Assembly (NCBI GenBank): GCA_964653455.1
Contig: CAZZFK010000008.1
Location: 21,949 to 85,948, forward strand
DNA from: an uncultured bacterium
GTDB taxonomy: Bacteria; Margulisbacteria; Termititenacia; CAZZFK01
Length of the DNA stretch: 64,000 nucleotides
Reading direction: 5' to 3'
Part shown: one piece after another, positions 37,614-46,972 of the stretch
Layout: the number at the start of each line of letters is the position of its first letter
Position numbering within the stretch: the first letter of the stretch is position 1
The notes under the pieces: model-generated
Database searches by the model: none
The model's input: the letters and a program-made list of their open reading frames with translations, nothing else
Told to the model about the DNA's origin: nothing
Program-made: the position numbers and the translations under genes

Positions 37614-39830
37614 ATGTCTCATCCCATATTCGGGAGGAGAAGATTTTTCTTCTTATTACCGTTGTTCCTTTTCCTGTTGTTCTCGACAGCTGTTTTTGCT
37701 GCTGAGTATGAATATACATACGATCATATGCAGTCCATGATCCCCGCCACTTCGATCGGTCCTGATTTTGTCAGTGTATCCATGCTGCAATTCCGTATAA
37801 AAGCGACGAGCAATAATATAACGATAACATCCCTGACCATCGGCAGTGGGGATGCTTCCACTGCTTCTCCGGGTGTATATGCACCGAATACCACAGATCG
37901 GGAGTCATATATCAAACGCATCGAGATATATTGTGATGCTACCGGCAAGGATAATGAAACGTATGACGAAGGAACAGACCCTTTGGTCGGCAGTATGGAC
38001 CTGGGGATCACTAATTCAAAGTATGAAGCGATCTTGCCGATATCGGGTGTTCCTACGTTGATCTCGGCCAATGTGACAGGCAATACAAAGGCGTTCTATG
38101 TGTTCTATTCTACGGGAGCTTCGATGGTCCCGGGGACAGTGGTCAAAGCGCAATTACGTAATGTCGGTATCTCTGAAAGTCCTGCGTTATGTAAAGCGAC
38201 ATTACCGGCAGCGTATGAGTGTTCGTTCGTCCTGGCCACGGTCAATATCTCTTTGTACTCCGTTGCCGCAGCATTACCGGTAGTTCCTACACCGACATTC
38301 TTCGCCTTGGGTGGAGAAAGGGATATCCCGGTGCTCACGTTCACCCTTAAGACCACCGAGGTCCTTTCCAATGTTTCAATAAATATAAAGAACGTTAAGA
38401 ACTCATTCATTAATAGCGGCTGCGGAGTAGATAGGGTCCGTATCAAGCGCAAGGACCCGGATTCAACGGTCACGGTCGTGGGCTACACCTCGGTATTCCA
38501 GGGCAGTTCAGTGGCTGTTGTCCCTATCCAGTCCATTCCGTACGATAACGGCGGGGAGTGTGTCTATACGGTCTACTATGATATGTCCCCCGGCTCGCTC
38601 GCTAATACAGAGGTCGCGGGGCAGTTGGCCAATATATCCGGTCCGGGGGTCGTTTTCAACTCGGGTACTTTGCCGGCTCCGCTCACGCCGCCCTCTTTTA
38701 ATGTCGTTCAGGCGCCTATCTCGGCATTGTTCGTAACGACGAACACCCAGCAGGTCAAAGCAGGCGATCAGTTCGTGTGTCAGCTCGTTTTTAAGCATAT
38801 CGGTACTGAGGTCAGCTATACGAGAGAGTTACAGATAGATGAAGTGCGTCCTGTCTTTTATAACGGGAATATCAATGGTGCCGATATCTCATATGAGTAT
38901 TCCTACCAGTTCCAGCGATGGGACAGTGATGGCGGGTCATCAACGACAACACAGTCCGCGGTCCTGCAGAACGCACAGCAGATCACGTATAACTTCCTGG
39001 TCACGGTCTCGAATCCCAAGACCGTCGGTATGATCAATGTGGATGCGTACATCAATTACCGTGATTTTGGTTTTGTGGCGAACAAACCGCAGCAGATCAT
39101 CATGTCCAGATATCTCAAGTCCTCGAGTTATATTTCCGCGGCCAAGAATTCTCTGGTGGGTTATTTCATGAACACGGAGTCCGATGCCGACTATGATTTT
39201 TCGTACAGATTACCGTCCTATATCGCCAGTATGAACGTACAGCCGTACGGGGTCGGCGCCGTCAAACGGTTCATGAACGGAGATAATGTCGCGAGACAAT
39301 CGAAACTGTTCGTGACGCTCGTCAATGAGGGGAAATTCTATGATGCCGATACGCTCAAACTGTACCTGAACGGGACCCAGCTGATCATCGTTACGGATTA
39401 TACGGTCGCGAACGGCATCATCACTGTGAAGAACCTTGGAACGAAGAGCGGCGTGCTCAGTATCTCGTGTGCGTCCGGGCCTTCGCTGCTCGAGACCGCA
39501 TATATCAAGTATTACATAGAAGAGGAGTTCACGATCAAGGACCTTATGGCAGGGCCCTCGCCCTATAAGGCGGCGGACGGTGACCTGTATTTCAGCTGTC
39601 AGCTGCGTGAGGCGGCCACGGTCAAGATCTCCGTGTATGATTCGGCGGGTCAATTGATCTGGAAGTCTGAAACCCTCGAATGGGGCGAAGGGTACAATGA
39701 ATATGCCTGGAACGGTAAATTGGACGTGGGCGGGGATATCGGTCGCGGGACCTATGTCGCATATGTTGTCGCGAAGTGTACGCGAACGGATTCTGAGAAA
39801 CGACAAAAGATAAAGTTCTCGGTGTTCTGA
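37614..39830 (+). CDS. Secreted protein with a C-terminal FlgD-Ig/T9SS-like sorting domain (function unknown)
   Basis: Signal peptide MSHPIFGRRRFFFLLPLFLFLLFSTAVFAAEY. The C-terminal ~100 aa read …KISVYDSAGQLIWKSETLEWGEGYNEYAWNGKLDVGGDIGRGTYVAYVVA…, which fits the …iYd.sGrlV…W.G…GvY… pattern. The ORF track starts at 37551; the in-frame ATG at 37614 is preferred. Confidence 0.6.
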   Translation: MSHPIFGRRRFFFLLPLFLFLLFSTAVFAAEYEYTYDHMQSMIPATSIGPDFVSVSMLQFRIKATSNNITITSLTIGSGDASTASPGVYAPNTTDRESYIKRIEIYCDATGKDNETYDEGTDPLVGSMDLGITNSKYEAILPISGVPTLISANVTGNTKAFYVFYSTGASMVPGTVVKAQLRNVGISESPALCKATLPAAYECSFVLATVNISLYSVAAALPVVPTPTFFALGGERDIPVLTFTLKTTEVLSNVSINIKNVKNSFINSGCGVDRVRIKRKDPDSTVTVVGYTSVFQGSSVAVVPIQSIPYDNGGECVYTVYYDMSPGSLANTEVAGQLANISGPGVVFNSGTLPAPLTPPSFNVVQAPISALFVTTNTQQVKAGDQFVCQLVFKHIGTEVSYTRELQIDEVRPVFYNGNINGADISYEYSYQFQRWDSDGGSSTTTQSAVLQNAQQITYNFLVTVSNPKTVGMINVDAYINYRDFGFVANKPQQIIMSRYLKSSSYISAAKNSLVGYFMNTESDADYDFSYRLPSYIASMNVQPYGVGAVKRFMNGDNVARQSKLFVTLVNEGKFYDADTLKLYLNGTQLIIVTDYTVANGIITVKNLGTKSGVLSISCASGPSLLETAYIKYYIEEEFTIKDLMAGPSPYKAADGDLYFSCQLREAATVKISVYDSAGQLIWKSETLEWGEGYNEYAWNGKLDVGGDIGRGTYVAYVVAKCTRTDSEKRQKIKFSVF

Positions 39831-39853
39831 GCGGTCGTTCATGGGGGGCATAG

Positions 39854-42800
39854 TTGAAACGCTATAATTGTTTTTTCGTCGCTGTGCTATTACTGATGTG
39901 CTGTTGTGTCGGCGGGGTCGGCGCAGCACGTCGTTCCACTGATCCGATGACGACCATTACGGACGTCCGTGCGCTCGGCATGGGGCGTGCCGGCATGGCG
40001 ACGCTCGGCGGGAGCAATGCGCTGTTCACGAACCCTGCAGGGTTGGCCAAGGTAAAGACCATGGCGGCAAGTACGTTCTCCACAAAGGTCCTGGAAGATT
40101 TCAATTATTTCGGCGTCAACGGGGCGATGAACACTGGATGGGGTGTTGTCGGGCTCGGATACGGCGGCATGAGCGTTGATGAGATCCAAGAGACGTTCCG
40201 TTACAAGATGGACGGCGAAGTCCGTAATTACTCTCTCGGGACCTATAGTGCCGGCAGTAAGGTGTTCATGGTGGGGTATGCGACAAAAGTACCGTTCCCG
40301 TTCCTGAAAGACCTTTCTCTCGGTATCGGACTTAAGAGCGCTACGGAATACATCGACGCGACCGACGCCACATCCTTTGAGACCTCTTCGATCTCTGGGT
40401 TCGGCGGCGATATCGGCGTGCTGTTCCCGTTCCGTATGTTCGGGCACGACTATGAATGCGGTATCGCCAAGATGAACGCGTTCTCGCCCCAGTTCACTGA
40501 CGATGAAGGCGGTGACCCTTCGGAATATGCGGCGATCAATCGTATCGGTATATCCACCGGTATCGATCTTTTCGGGCAGCATGTGATCGCAGCCCTCGAT
40601 AATGATAATTTCGGGACGCACCTGGGGACGGAAGTGCAATTGCCGGGCGGGTTCGCGGTACGCGCCGGGACCGACGGGACGGATTATTCCATGGGGCTCG
40701 GCCTGACGATCTATTCGGTGACCGGGTTCGACAATAAACCGCACGCCATCGCGATCGATTACGCATGGGTCGCGAACAATGCGCTCCTTGATAATGTCGG
40801 TGTGGCGGACAATCTGAACATGATCAGCTTCAGTTATCTGGGGGTCTCTCAGACCGACAAGCCGATCCTGACCTCTCCGTTAACGGGCAGGACGTTCACG
40901 GTACCGACGATCACGGTCGAGGGGAAAGCGGAGCAGGACACAGAGGTCACCGTGTATGTGAACAATGTCCCTCAAAAGGTCGTTAAGACCGAAGCGAAAG
41001 GTACGTGGAAAGCGGAAGGTATCACCCTTACGCAAGGCCGCAACGAGGTGAAGGCCTTTGCGCAAAAAATGGATTTTGCCGACAGTGAGTTCTGTGCGCC
41101 GGTCATCGCCTACGGACAACTTTCCGCTCCGGAACTCTCGACGACGATCGAGAAGCGCGGGAACCGCGTGACGATAAAAGCTTCGAGCCCGGTCGAACTG
41201 CGGCAGGTAGCCACAAAGCTGCCGAACGGAGAGACCATTGCTTTGACCTTTGATCCTCAGACCCAGTTGTGGGTCGGGACCTGGCAGGTGCCTTTTGAGT
41301 TCATGGATAAACAGGTAGCACTGCAGACGCGCGGTGTGGATACGCAGGGGAATAGGACCGATATCGTTTCTCAGAAGGTGCTCGCCAAGAGCATTATCAT
41401 GCCTGCGGATAAGACCGTGACGACAAAACAATATCTCGAGGTGAAAGGATATGCGCCTGCACGTGTTGCACATATCACGGTCGCAGGACAGGAGGTCATG
41501 CCGAGCACGGACGGATCATATACGGCGATGGTCGATCTCGCGGCTGTCGGTAAACAGAACATCGATGTGGTCATGACCGATGCGGCCGGCCGGACCAAGA
41601 CCTCTGAAGTGAGGGTCTTGCGTAAAGCTTCCGCTCCTGATGTCGGGACGGATTCCTTCGCGTATGCGGCCATCAATGATCTCTTGACCATGGGAGCGAT
41701 GCAGCCCGTGTCCGAGAATAATTTTGAACCTAAAAAGCCGATCACACGTGCCGAACTGGCGGTGCTTGTCGCTAGGGCGAAGATGCTCCCTCCGGGGACA
41801 GCGACGTTCACTGATGTGCCCGCGAACACGAGCTATGCCGGAGCGGTCAGTGCCGTCGTCGGCGCAGGTCTGCTCGGTGCCTATCCTGACGGAACGTTCA
41901 AACCGCAAGGGCTGATCACACGCGGGGAGGCTGCGGTCGTCCTGATAAAGATCTATGGCGTGGAGCTGCCGGAGGGCACACCGGAAGAGGTCTTTACGGA
42001 CGTGAAGCCGACGCATCCGCTTGCCGGGGCGATATCCGCCGCTGTCGAGAACGGTTTGATCGCTGTCGAGGACGATTCCTTCTATCCGGACCAGATGCTC
42101 GATCGTGAAACGGCGGCTTTCTGGTTCTCAAAGACCAGAGAGATGAAACAGCAGTTAAGAGAGCTGCAATCATGGCCGGACCTCAATGTGAACGGGTCGG
42201 AGCTCTCGGATATGGAACGCATGGAGGGCCAGCTTGTGGTCGATTTTGCCGATGCGCAATGGACCGCGCAGGAAGCAGCAGCAGGGCTCAAGCTCATGGA
42301 GCCGGTGGACCAGAGCATCACCTATGAGCCGTACGCGATCGTTAAAGGGCTGGTCACGCCTGCTGTTGCGGTCTCGGTGAACGGACAAGCGGTCATATTG
42401 GAGAGGAACGGTTCATTCGTCGCGGGAGTTCCTCTTGAGCTCGGGATGAACCTTATTCTTGTAGAAACACCGACCGAAAAAAGAAAGGTCAGGGTCTTGA
42501 GGGAAGCGGCGTTCACTGATGTGCCCTCCGGCAATGCCGGCGATGATATCCGAAAGCTCGGCTCTCTGGGGTATCTTGAAACGGACCGTTCGTTCTATCC
42601 GGAACAGGGCGTGACGCGACGTGAACTGGCTGTGGTGCTCGTACGTTCCAAGGAGGACCAGACCCCCAGTTCCGCTCCGCGGCTTCAGGACGTGGCGGCC
42701 GATGATCCCCAGCTGATGTACATACAACGTGCGGTCGATCTCGGCTATTTCACGGTGAGCGCGAACTATTTCATGCCGAACACGGTGGTCTCACGCGGAG

Positions 42801-44041
42801 AGGCCGCAGCGATCCTTGCCGCGTTCCAGGGGCTCACCGTCCCTCAGGCTGCGCTCACACGGAAGCCGTTCGCTGACGTTCCTGCGGAGCATCCGTACGC
42901 CAAAGCGATAGCGACGGCCCTGCAGGCGGGGATCATTCTCCCAGCGGAACAGTATTTCCCTGATGAACCGCTGACCAGACAGGACCTGGTCGATATGCTC
43001 ATGCGCACGGCGGTGATGCAATCCCGTATGAACCGTTTCATGGATTGGAACGGGTATGACATCAATAAGACTCGAGCACCGGTATTGCCCAGGAAAAAGA
43101 CCGCAGTGATCGATGTTCCGGGAAGGACCGCTCCCCGGATCGCAGAGGCCGCTGACGAGGAGACATCCGATACCTACCTGCGTTTTGCTCCGCCCATGGA
43201 GGCGCAGATGCAGCAGGGCGTCATTTATCCGCGTACGGCCGATTCGGTGGGGGTCGGAACGCCGCTCCTTTCGATCATCTCCCCCAAAGATCTTTTTGTG
43301 ACGACGCGTGCTGATATTGATGTTGCGGGTGTCGCCACTAACGGAGGCCCGGTACAGGTCAACGGTAATACCGTTGCCCTCAATCAAAAAGGTGCATTTC
43401 AGACCAGGACAGGACTGAAGCCGGGAAAGAACGTGATCACGGTAGTTTCCGCAGGGGCGACCGAAAAACGCAGGGTCTTGCGTTTGTTCACGTACAATGA
43501 TATCAGCGGTATACCCCAGAAAAAGGTCATAGAGTATCTGGCGACCCTCGGCTATTTCGCAGAAGGAACACAGTTCTATCCTTCGAAAGCGGTCGCGCGT
43601 GATGAATTGGTCACGATCGCGCTCAAAGCTGGGGGGGTCAGGCCGGGGACCCCGCTCACACAAAGTTATTCTGACGTGCCGTTGAGCTATTGGGCCGCAC
43701 CTTCAATATACGCAGCAGCGGATGCCGGCATCATCGAAAAAAAAAACACTTTTCAGCCTCAGTCTGACGTGACCCGGGGAGAGGCGGTCGCGATATTGCT
43801 CAAGGCCTTAAAGACGGGCATCCCGCAGGGGGCGTTGAAGGCCCCGGTCTTTACGGACGTTCCTATCACACATCCGTATGCTAATGCCATAGCAGTGGCC
43901 ATGTCCAAAGGTATCGTTGCGCGGACCGATCGTTTTCAACCTGATATGAAGCTGACCCGTGCGGACCTGGCCGTATGGCTCGTCAATACTGCTCCCGTGA
44001 AGGAACAGATAGTCCAATTGAGGGATTTTAAGAACACCTGA
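39854..44041 (+). CDS. Fusion protein: N-terminal FadL/PorV-like outer-membrane barrel domain + Ig-like domains + about ten SLH (S-layer homology) repeats
   Basis: Signal peptide MKRYNCFFVAVLLLMCCCVGGVGA. The N-terminal ~330 aa are paralogous to the 34505-35698 product (ALGMGRAGMATLGGSNALFTNPAGLA versus ALGSAYVGLANDINALYFNPAGLV, and GWGVVGLGY versus GWGVFGGYY). The C-terminal ~800 aa (about nt 41620-44041) carry repeated SLH units such as FTDVPANTSYAGAVSAVVGAGLLGAYPDGTFKPQGLITRGEAAVVL, FTDVPSGNAGDDIRKLGSLGYLETDRSFYPEQGVTRRELAVVL and FTDVPITHPYANAIAVAMSKGIVARTDRFQPDMKLTRADLAVWL. Confidence 0.7.
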   Translation: MKRYNCFFVAVLLLMCCCVGGVGAARRSTDPMTTITDVRALGMGRAGMATLGGSNALFTNPAGLAKVKTMAASTFSTKVLEDFNYFGVNGAMNTGWGVVGLGYGGMSVDEIQETFRYKMDGEVRNYSLGTYSAGSKVFMVGYATKVPFPFLKDLSLGIGLKSATEYIDATDATSFETSSISGFGGDIGVLFPFRMFGHDYECGIAKMNAFSPQFTDDEGGDPSEYAAINRIGISTGIDLFGQHVIAALDNDNFGTHLGTEVQLPGGFAVRAGTDGTDYSMGLGLTIYSVTGFDNKPHAIAIDYAWVANNALLDNVGVADNLNMISFSYLGVSQTDKPILTSPLTGRTFTVPTITVEGKAEQDTEVTVYVNNVPQKVVKTEAKGTWKAEGITLTQGRNEVKAFAQKMDFADSEFCAPVIAYGQLSAPELSTTIEKRGNRVTIKASSPVELRQVATKLPNGETIALTFDPQTQLWVGTWQVPFEFMDKQVALQTRGVDTQGNRTDIVSQKVLAKSIIMPADKTVTTKQYLEVKGYAPARVAHITVAGQEVMPSTDGSYTAMVDLAAVGKQNIDVVMTDAAGRTKTSEVRVLRKASAPDVGTDSFAYAAINDLLTMGAMQPVSENNFEPKKPITRAELAVLVARAKMLPPGTATFTDVPANTSYAGAVSAVVGAGLLGAYPDGTFKPQGLITRGEAAVVLIKIYGVELPEGTPEEVFTDVKPTHPLAGAISAAVENGLIAVEDDSFYPDQMLDRETAAFWFSKTREMKQQLRELQSWPDLNVNGSELSDMERMEGQLVVDFADAQWTAQEAAAGLKLMEPVDQSITYEPYAIVKGLVTPAVAVSVNGQAVILERNGSFVAGVPLELGMNLILVETPTEKRKVRVLREAAFTDVPSGNAGDDIRKLGSLGYLETDRSFYPEQGVTRRELAVVLVRSKEDQTPSSAPRLQDVAADDPQLMYIQRAVDLGYFTVSANYFMPNTVVSRGEAAAILAAFQGLTVPQAALTRKPFADVPAEHPYAKAIATALQAGIILPAEQYFPDEPLTRQDLVDMLMRTAVMQSRMNRFMDWNGYDINKTRAPVLPRKKTAVIDVPGRTAPRIAEAADEETSDTYLRFAPPMEAQMQQGVIYPRTADSVGVGTPLLSIISPKDLFVTTRADIDVAGVATNGGPVQVNGNTVALNQKGAFQTRTGLKPGKNVITVVSAGATEKRRVLRLFTYNDISGIPQKKVIEYLATLGYFAEGTQFYPSKAVARDELVTIALKAGGVRPGTPLTQSYSDVPLSYWAAPSIYAAADAGIIEKKNTFQPQSDVTRGEAVAILLKALKTGIPQGALKAPVFTDVPITHPYANAIAVAMSKGIVARTDRFQPDMKLTRADLAVWLVNTAPVKEQIVQLRDFKNT

Positions 44042-44255
44042 AGTCTTTTCTGCCGACCTTCCGCCCCGCTCAATGCGTGCTTTTTGTCACCCATTTCGTA
44101 AAAACAGTATCTTTCAGCGCAGTGGTAGTTGATGGATGCGCGTTCAGAACGTGTAAGATATCGAAGGAACGGGATCGTGAGGAGGGGGCGGTGCTGAACT
44201 GCAAGACAAGAACACGGACTTTCGAAGGTATCCTTGCCTCGCAGGTATGCAGTGC

Positions 44256-44666
44256 TTAGATCAAGCCAAGATATATCCCTGTTATCGCGAACTTCAAGAG
44301 CCAGCTGATCATGCTCAGTAATAATTTTTCATTGAACTCTTTATCTCCCCAGAGCCAACTGTTGAGCAGCAGGTATAGCATCGGGACGAAGAAGATAAAG
44401 GCATATGAAAAACTGCCGATCAGGTCCTTGCTGATGATATTGAACGCGAGCAGAAAGTGGAACGTGAACATGAGGATGAGGGCGAAGAACACCTGGATAA
44501 AGAGCTCTATCGGGATAATGAACCCGATGCGCGACTTGGCCTTTTGAACGGAACTCTTGCTCATTTTCTTTTTTGTATCGGTCTGGGTCGAGAGGAACAC
44601 CAGCAGGTCGAACAGGAACAGCAATATACCGAGCAATACGCTTTTTAAGACCAGGTCTTGTGACAT
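44256..44666 (-). CDS. Small polytopic membrane protein (136 aa), paralog of the 55754-56146 product
   Basis: Four predicted TM helices. About 45% identity to the other paralog over conserved blocks (IPIELFIQVFFALILMFTFHFLLAF versus LPIGLFMQVFFALIFLFTFRFLAIF; LLNSWLWGDKEF versus QFNNWLWLDTKR). Confidence 0.6.
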   Translation of the reverse strand: MSQDLVLKSVLLGILLFLFDLLVFLSTQTDTKKKMSKSSVQKAKSRIGFIIPIELFIQVFFALILMFTFHFLLAFNIISKDLIGSFSYAFIFFVPMLYLLLNSWLWGDKEFNEKLLLSMISWLLKFAITGIYLGLI

Positions 44667-44897
44667 ATGAGAGCCCCCTTAAAAGAAGTATATGACCGAC
44701 GCGCATATTATATCCCATAGGTACTGTGAACGCACCTGTTTTTTGAAGGTCCCATCAGTATCTTATTTTTGTTCTGATGAAGTACAGATAAATGCTGAAA
44801 TATGTGCATAAAGACATGTATAAAATGTGGTGTATGTGGGTATATCTCCAGTGAATGGTAGTTCCAGCTCGTTTGATAAAAGAAAAGAGGTATTGCG

Positions 44898-45683
44898 ATG
44901 GGTAGCGGTATTAATAAGCGCATGCTTGTCATCTCGCTGATATTCGGCATTGTCACGTTCATGGGGACAACGTTGTACCTTGGTTCGGTCTCCAAGGACC
45001 AGAAATTCAAAGCAGAATTGATCTCTGTCATCACCGCGAAGGCGAACATCCCTCCGCGCACGGTGATCACCAAGGATATGGTCCAGAACAAGTCCATCCC
45101 TCGGCAATATGCGCTGCCCGGAGTGTTCGTGCAGCCGCAGGAGGTCATCGGCAAGATCACGAATACGCCGATCATCCTGGGGGAGCAGATCGTGTCCGGG
45201 AAGGTCTCGGTACGCGGACAGCAGCTCGGGTTGTCTTTCATCGTTCCGAAGAATAAGCGTGCGGTATCCGTTGAGGTGGATGCCGCGGCCAGTATCGCCG
45301 GTCTTATCAAACCGGGGGACATGGTGGATATCCTTTGTACGCTTACCGGCGACTTTAACCGTACGGTCACGGTACTGCAGAACGTGCAGATATTGGCCAT
45401 CGATCGTGCAATGGACACCAAGGACCAAAAGAATGAAGGCAAGGTGGACCGGTCCGTGATAGCGACCTTTGCTCTCGATCTCCGGGATGCGGAGAAAGTG
45501 GTACAGGCTTCGACAGCGGGCCAGTTGCGGCTGGTGTTGCGGGCCACGGATGATCATGATCTGGTCCAGTCCTTTGGTACGACCACCACAGAGCTGTTGC
45601 CGTACCGTCGTTCAGCCGGTGGCGGGTCGGCATATTCCATCCGTGTCGTAAAAGGGACGGATGTGAGCAGAAAAACGTTCTGA
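44898..45683 (+). CDS. cpaB: Flp pilus assembly protein CpaB/RcpC (SAF-domain periplasmic protein)
   Basis: N-terminal TM segment, then a SAF-like region (…ANIPPRTVITKDMVQNKSIPRQYALPGVFVQPQEVIGKITNTPIILGEQI…) and the RcpC/CpaB C-terminal domain. It is the first gene of the Tad cluster. Confidence 0.85.
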   Translation: MGSGINKRMLVISLIFGIVTFMGTTLYLGSVSKDQKFKAELISVITAKANIPPRTVITKDMVQNKSIPRQYALPGVFVQPQEVIGKITNTPIILGEQIVSGKVSVRGQQLGLSFIVPKNKRAVSVEVDAAASIAGLIKPGDMVDILCTLTGDFNRTVTVLQNVQILAIDRAMDTKDQKNEGKVDRSVIATFALDLRDAEKVVQASTAGQLRLVLRATDDHDLVQSFGTTTTELLPYRRSAGGGSAYSIRVVKGTDVSRKTF

Positions 45684-45694
45684 TAAGGAGCAGT

Positions 45695-46972
45695 ATGATG
45701 CGGATACGATCGATCATGTATGGACTGATGCTGACGGTGCTCATCGCCGGAGGTCTTGCTGCAGCTCCGACAGTTCCGTCGGTCGGCAGCGAGAATATGA
45801 TCTATATCACGGCAGGGACCTCAAAGCTCATCAAGCTGGATTATGATGTACGCAATATGGCGGTCGGAAATCCGGAAGTATCGGATATCCTGATCATGTC
45901 CAAACGGGAGATACTGGTCAACGGAAAAGCGGCCGGTATCACCACGCTCACGCTGTGGGATGAGGCACGGCATCATGATTACAACGTGATCGTCAATAAA
46001 AGCTCGGAAGAGCTCGTCTTTAAAAGATATCAACTGTACAACATCCCTCTTATTTTCCCTGAATGGGAGGATGCGAACAATATCTTCAAAGTGAAACAAA
46101 AACCTATCGAGGAGAACGTCAATGATATCAAGAACATTCTGTCCGGTTATTTAAAACCGGAGCAATATTCGGTCAATCCCTGGCTGAACGCCGTGTTCGT
46201 GGTCGCCTCCGCGGAGGACCATAAACTTATCGAACAGCTCATCACCAATGTCGATGTGAAACAAAAACAGGTACTGCTCAAGGTCGAGGTCTATGAGATA
46301 AAACTGAACAATAAGCAGGATTATGGTCTCGAGCTGTTCTATCAAAAGGACCAATCGACGGCGCAGTATAATAAGGGCGGTGACGGGTTCACCTATACCT
46401 TTTCCAGTGCTGCCGATCTTGTCGAATCATCGACGCATATTTTCAAGCTGATGCTCTCTGAAGGCAAGGCAAAGCTCCTGGCCACACCGAAGATACTGTC
46501 AGTCAATAACCGATATTCCCTGCTCAGTTCCGGCGAAAAATTCCCCCTGGTACAGACCGATAATCAGGGGAACAAGACCGTCGAGTATATCTATACCGGC
46601 ATCGTCCTTGGCGTCATCCCGAACATCAATGAGAACGGTGATATCGATTGCTGGATATACAGCGACGCCAGTTCGGTCGCGGGATATACGGATGATGATT
46701 ATCCGATCGTGCGAACACGCAGCACTAAAAGCGAGGTGCGGGTCAAGAACAACGGCATGCTCATCATGGGCGGTCTGATACAGGAGAACGATAATATCAC
46801 CACGCATAAATTGCCTATCTTAGGCGATCTGCTCGGCTGGGTGCCGGTGCTCGGGAGCATCGTCAAGAATGATGAGATAGAGAAAGTGCGTACGGAGATT
46901 GTGGTGACGCTGCGTCCTACGGTCATCTTTGATGATGCGGATGCGACAGCACAACTGAGCGAGGTGCAGTGA
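45695..46972 (+). CDS. cpaC: Tad secretin CpaC/RcpA (type II/III secretion system secretin family)
   Basis: Signal peptide. C-terminal secretin domain (…KLLATPKILSVNNRYSLLSSGEKFPLVQTD…GGLIQENDNITTHKLPILGDLLGWVPVLGSIVKNDEIEKVRTEIVVTLRPTVI). Confidence 0.85.
   Translation: MMRIRSIMYGLMLTVLIAGGLAAAPTVPSVGSENMIYITAGTSKLIKLDYDVRNMAVGNPEVSDILIMSKREILVNGKAAGITTLTLWDEARHHDYNVIVNKSSEELVFKRYQLYNIPLIFPEWEDANNIFKVKQKPIEENVNDIKNILSGYLKPEQYSVNPWLNAVFVVASAEDHKLIEQLITNVDVKQKQVLLKVEVYEIKLNNKQDYGLELFYQKDQSTAQYNKGGDGFTYTFSSAADLVESSTHIFKLMLSEGKAKLLATPKILSVNNRYSLLSSGEKFPLVQTDNQGNKTVEYIYTGIVLGVIPNINENGDIDCWIYSDASSVAGYTDDDYPIVRTRSTKSEVRVKNNGMLIMGGLIQENDNITTHKLPILGDLLGWVPVLGSIVKNDEIEKVRTEIVVTLRPTVIFDDADATAQLSEVQ

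Noticed and set aside
39890-40744. 284-aa minus-strand ORF, plus 40880-41473, 41516-42016 and 42791-43663 minus-strand ORFs
   Set aside because: They are antisense to the SLH fusion gene. The sense frame contains a signal peptide, barrel motifs and repeated SLH units.
44708-45557. 279- and 264-aa minus-strand ORFs overlapping cpaB
   Set aside because: They are antisense to cpaB, which has a clear SAF/RcpC-type sequence. They have no RBS and biased composition.
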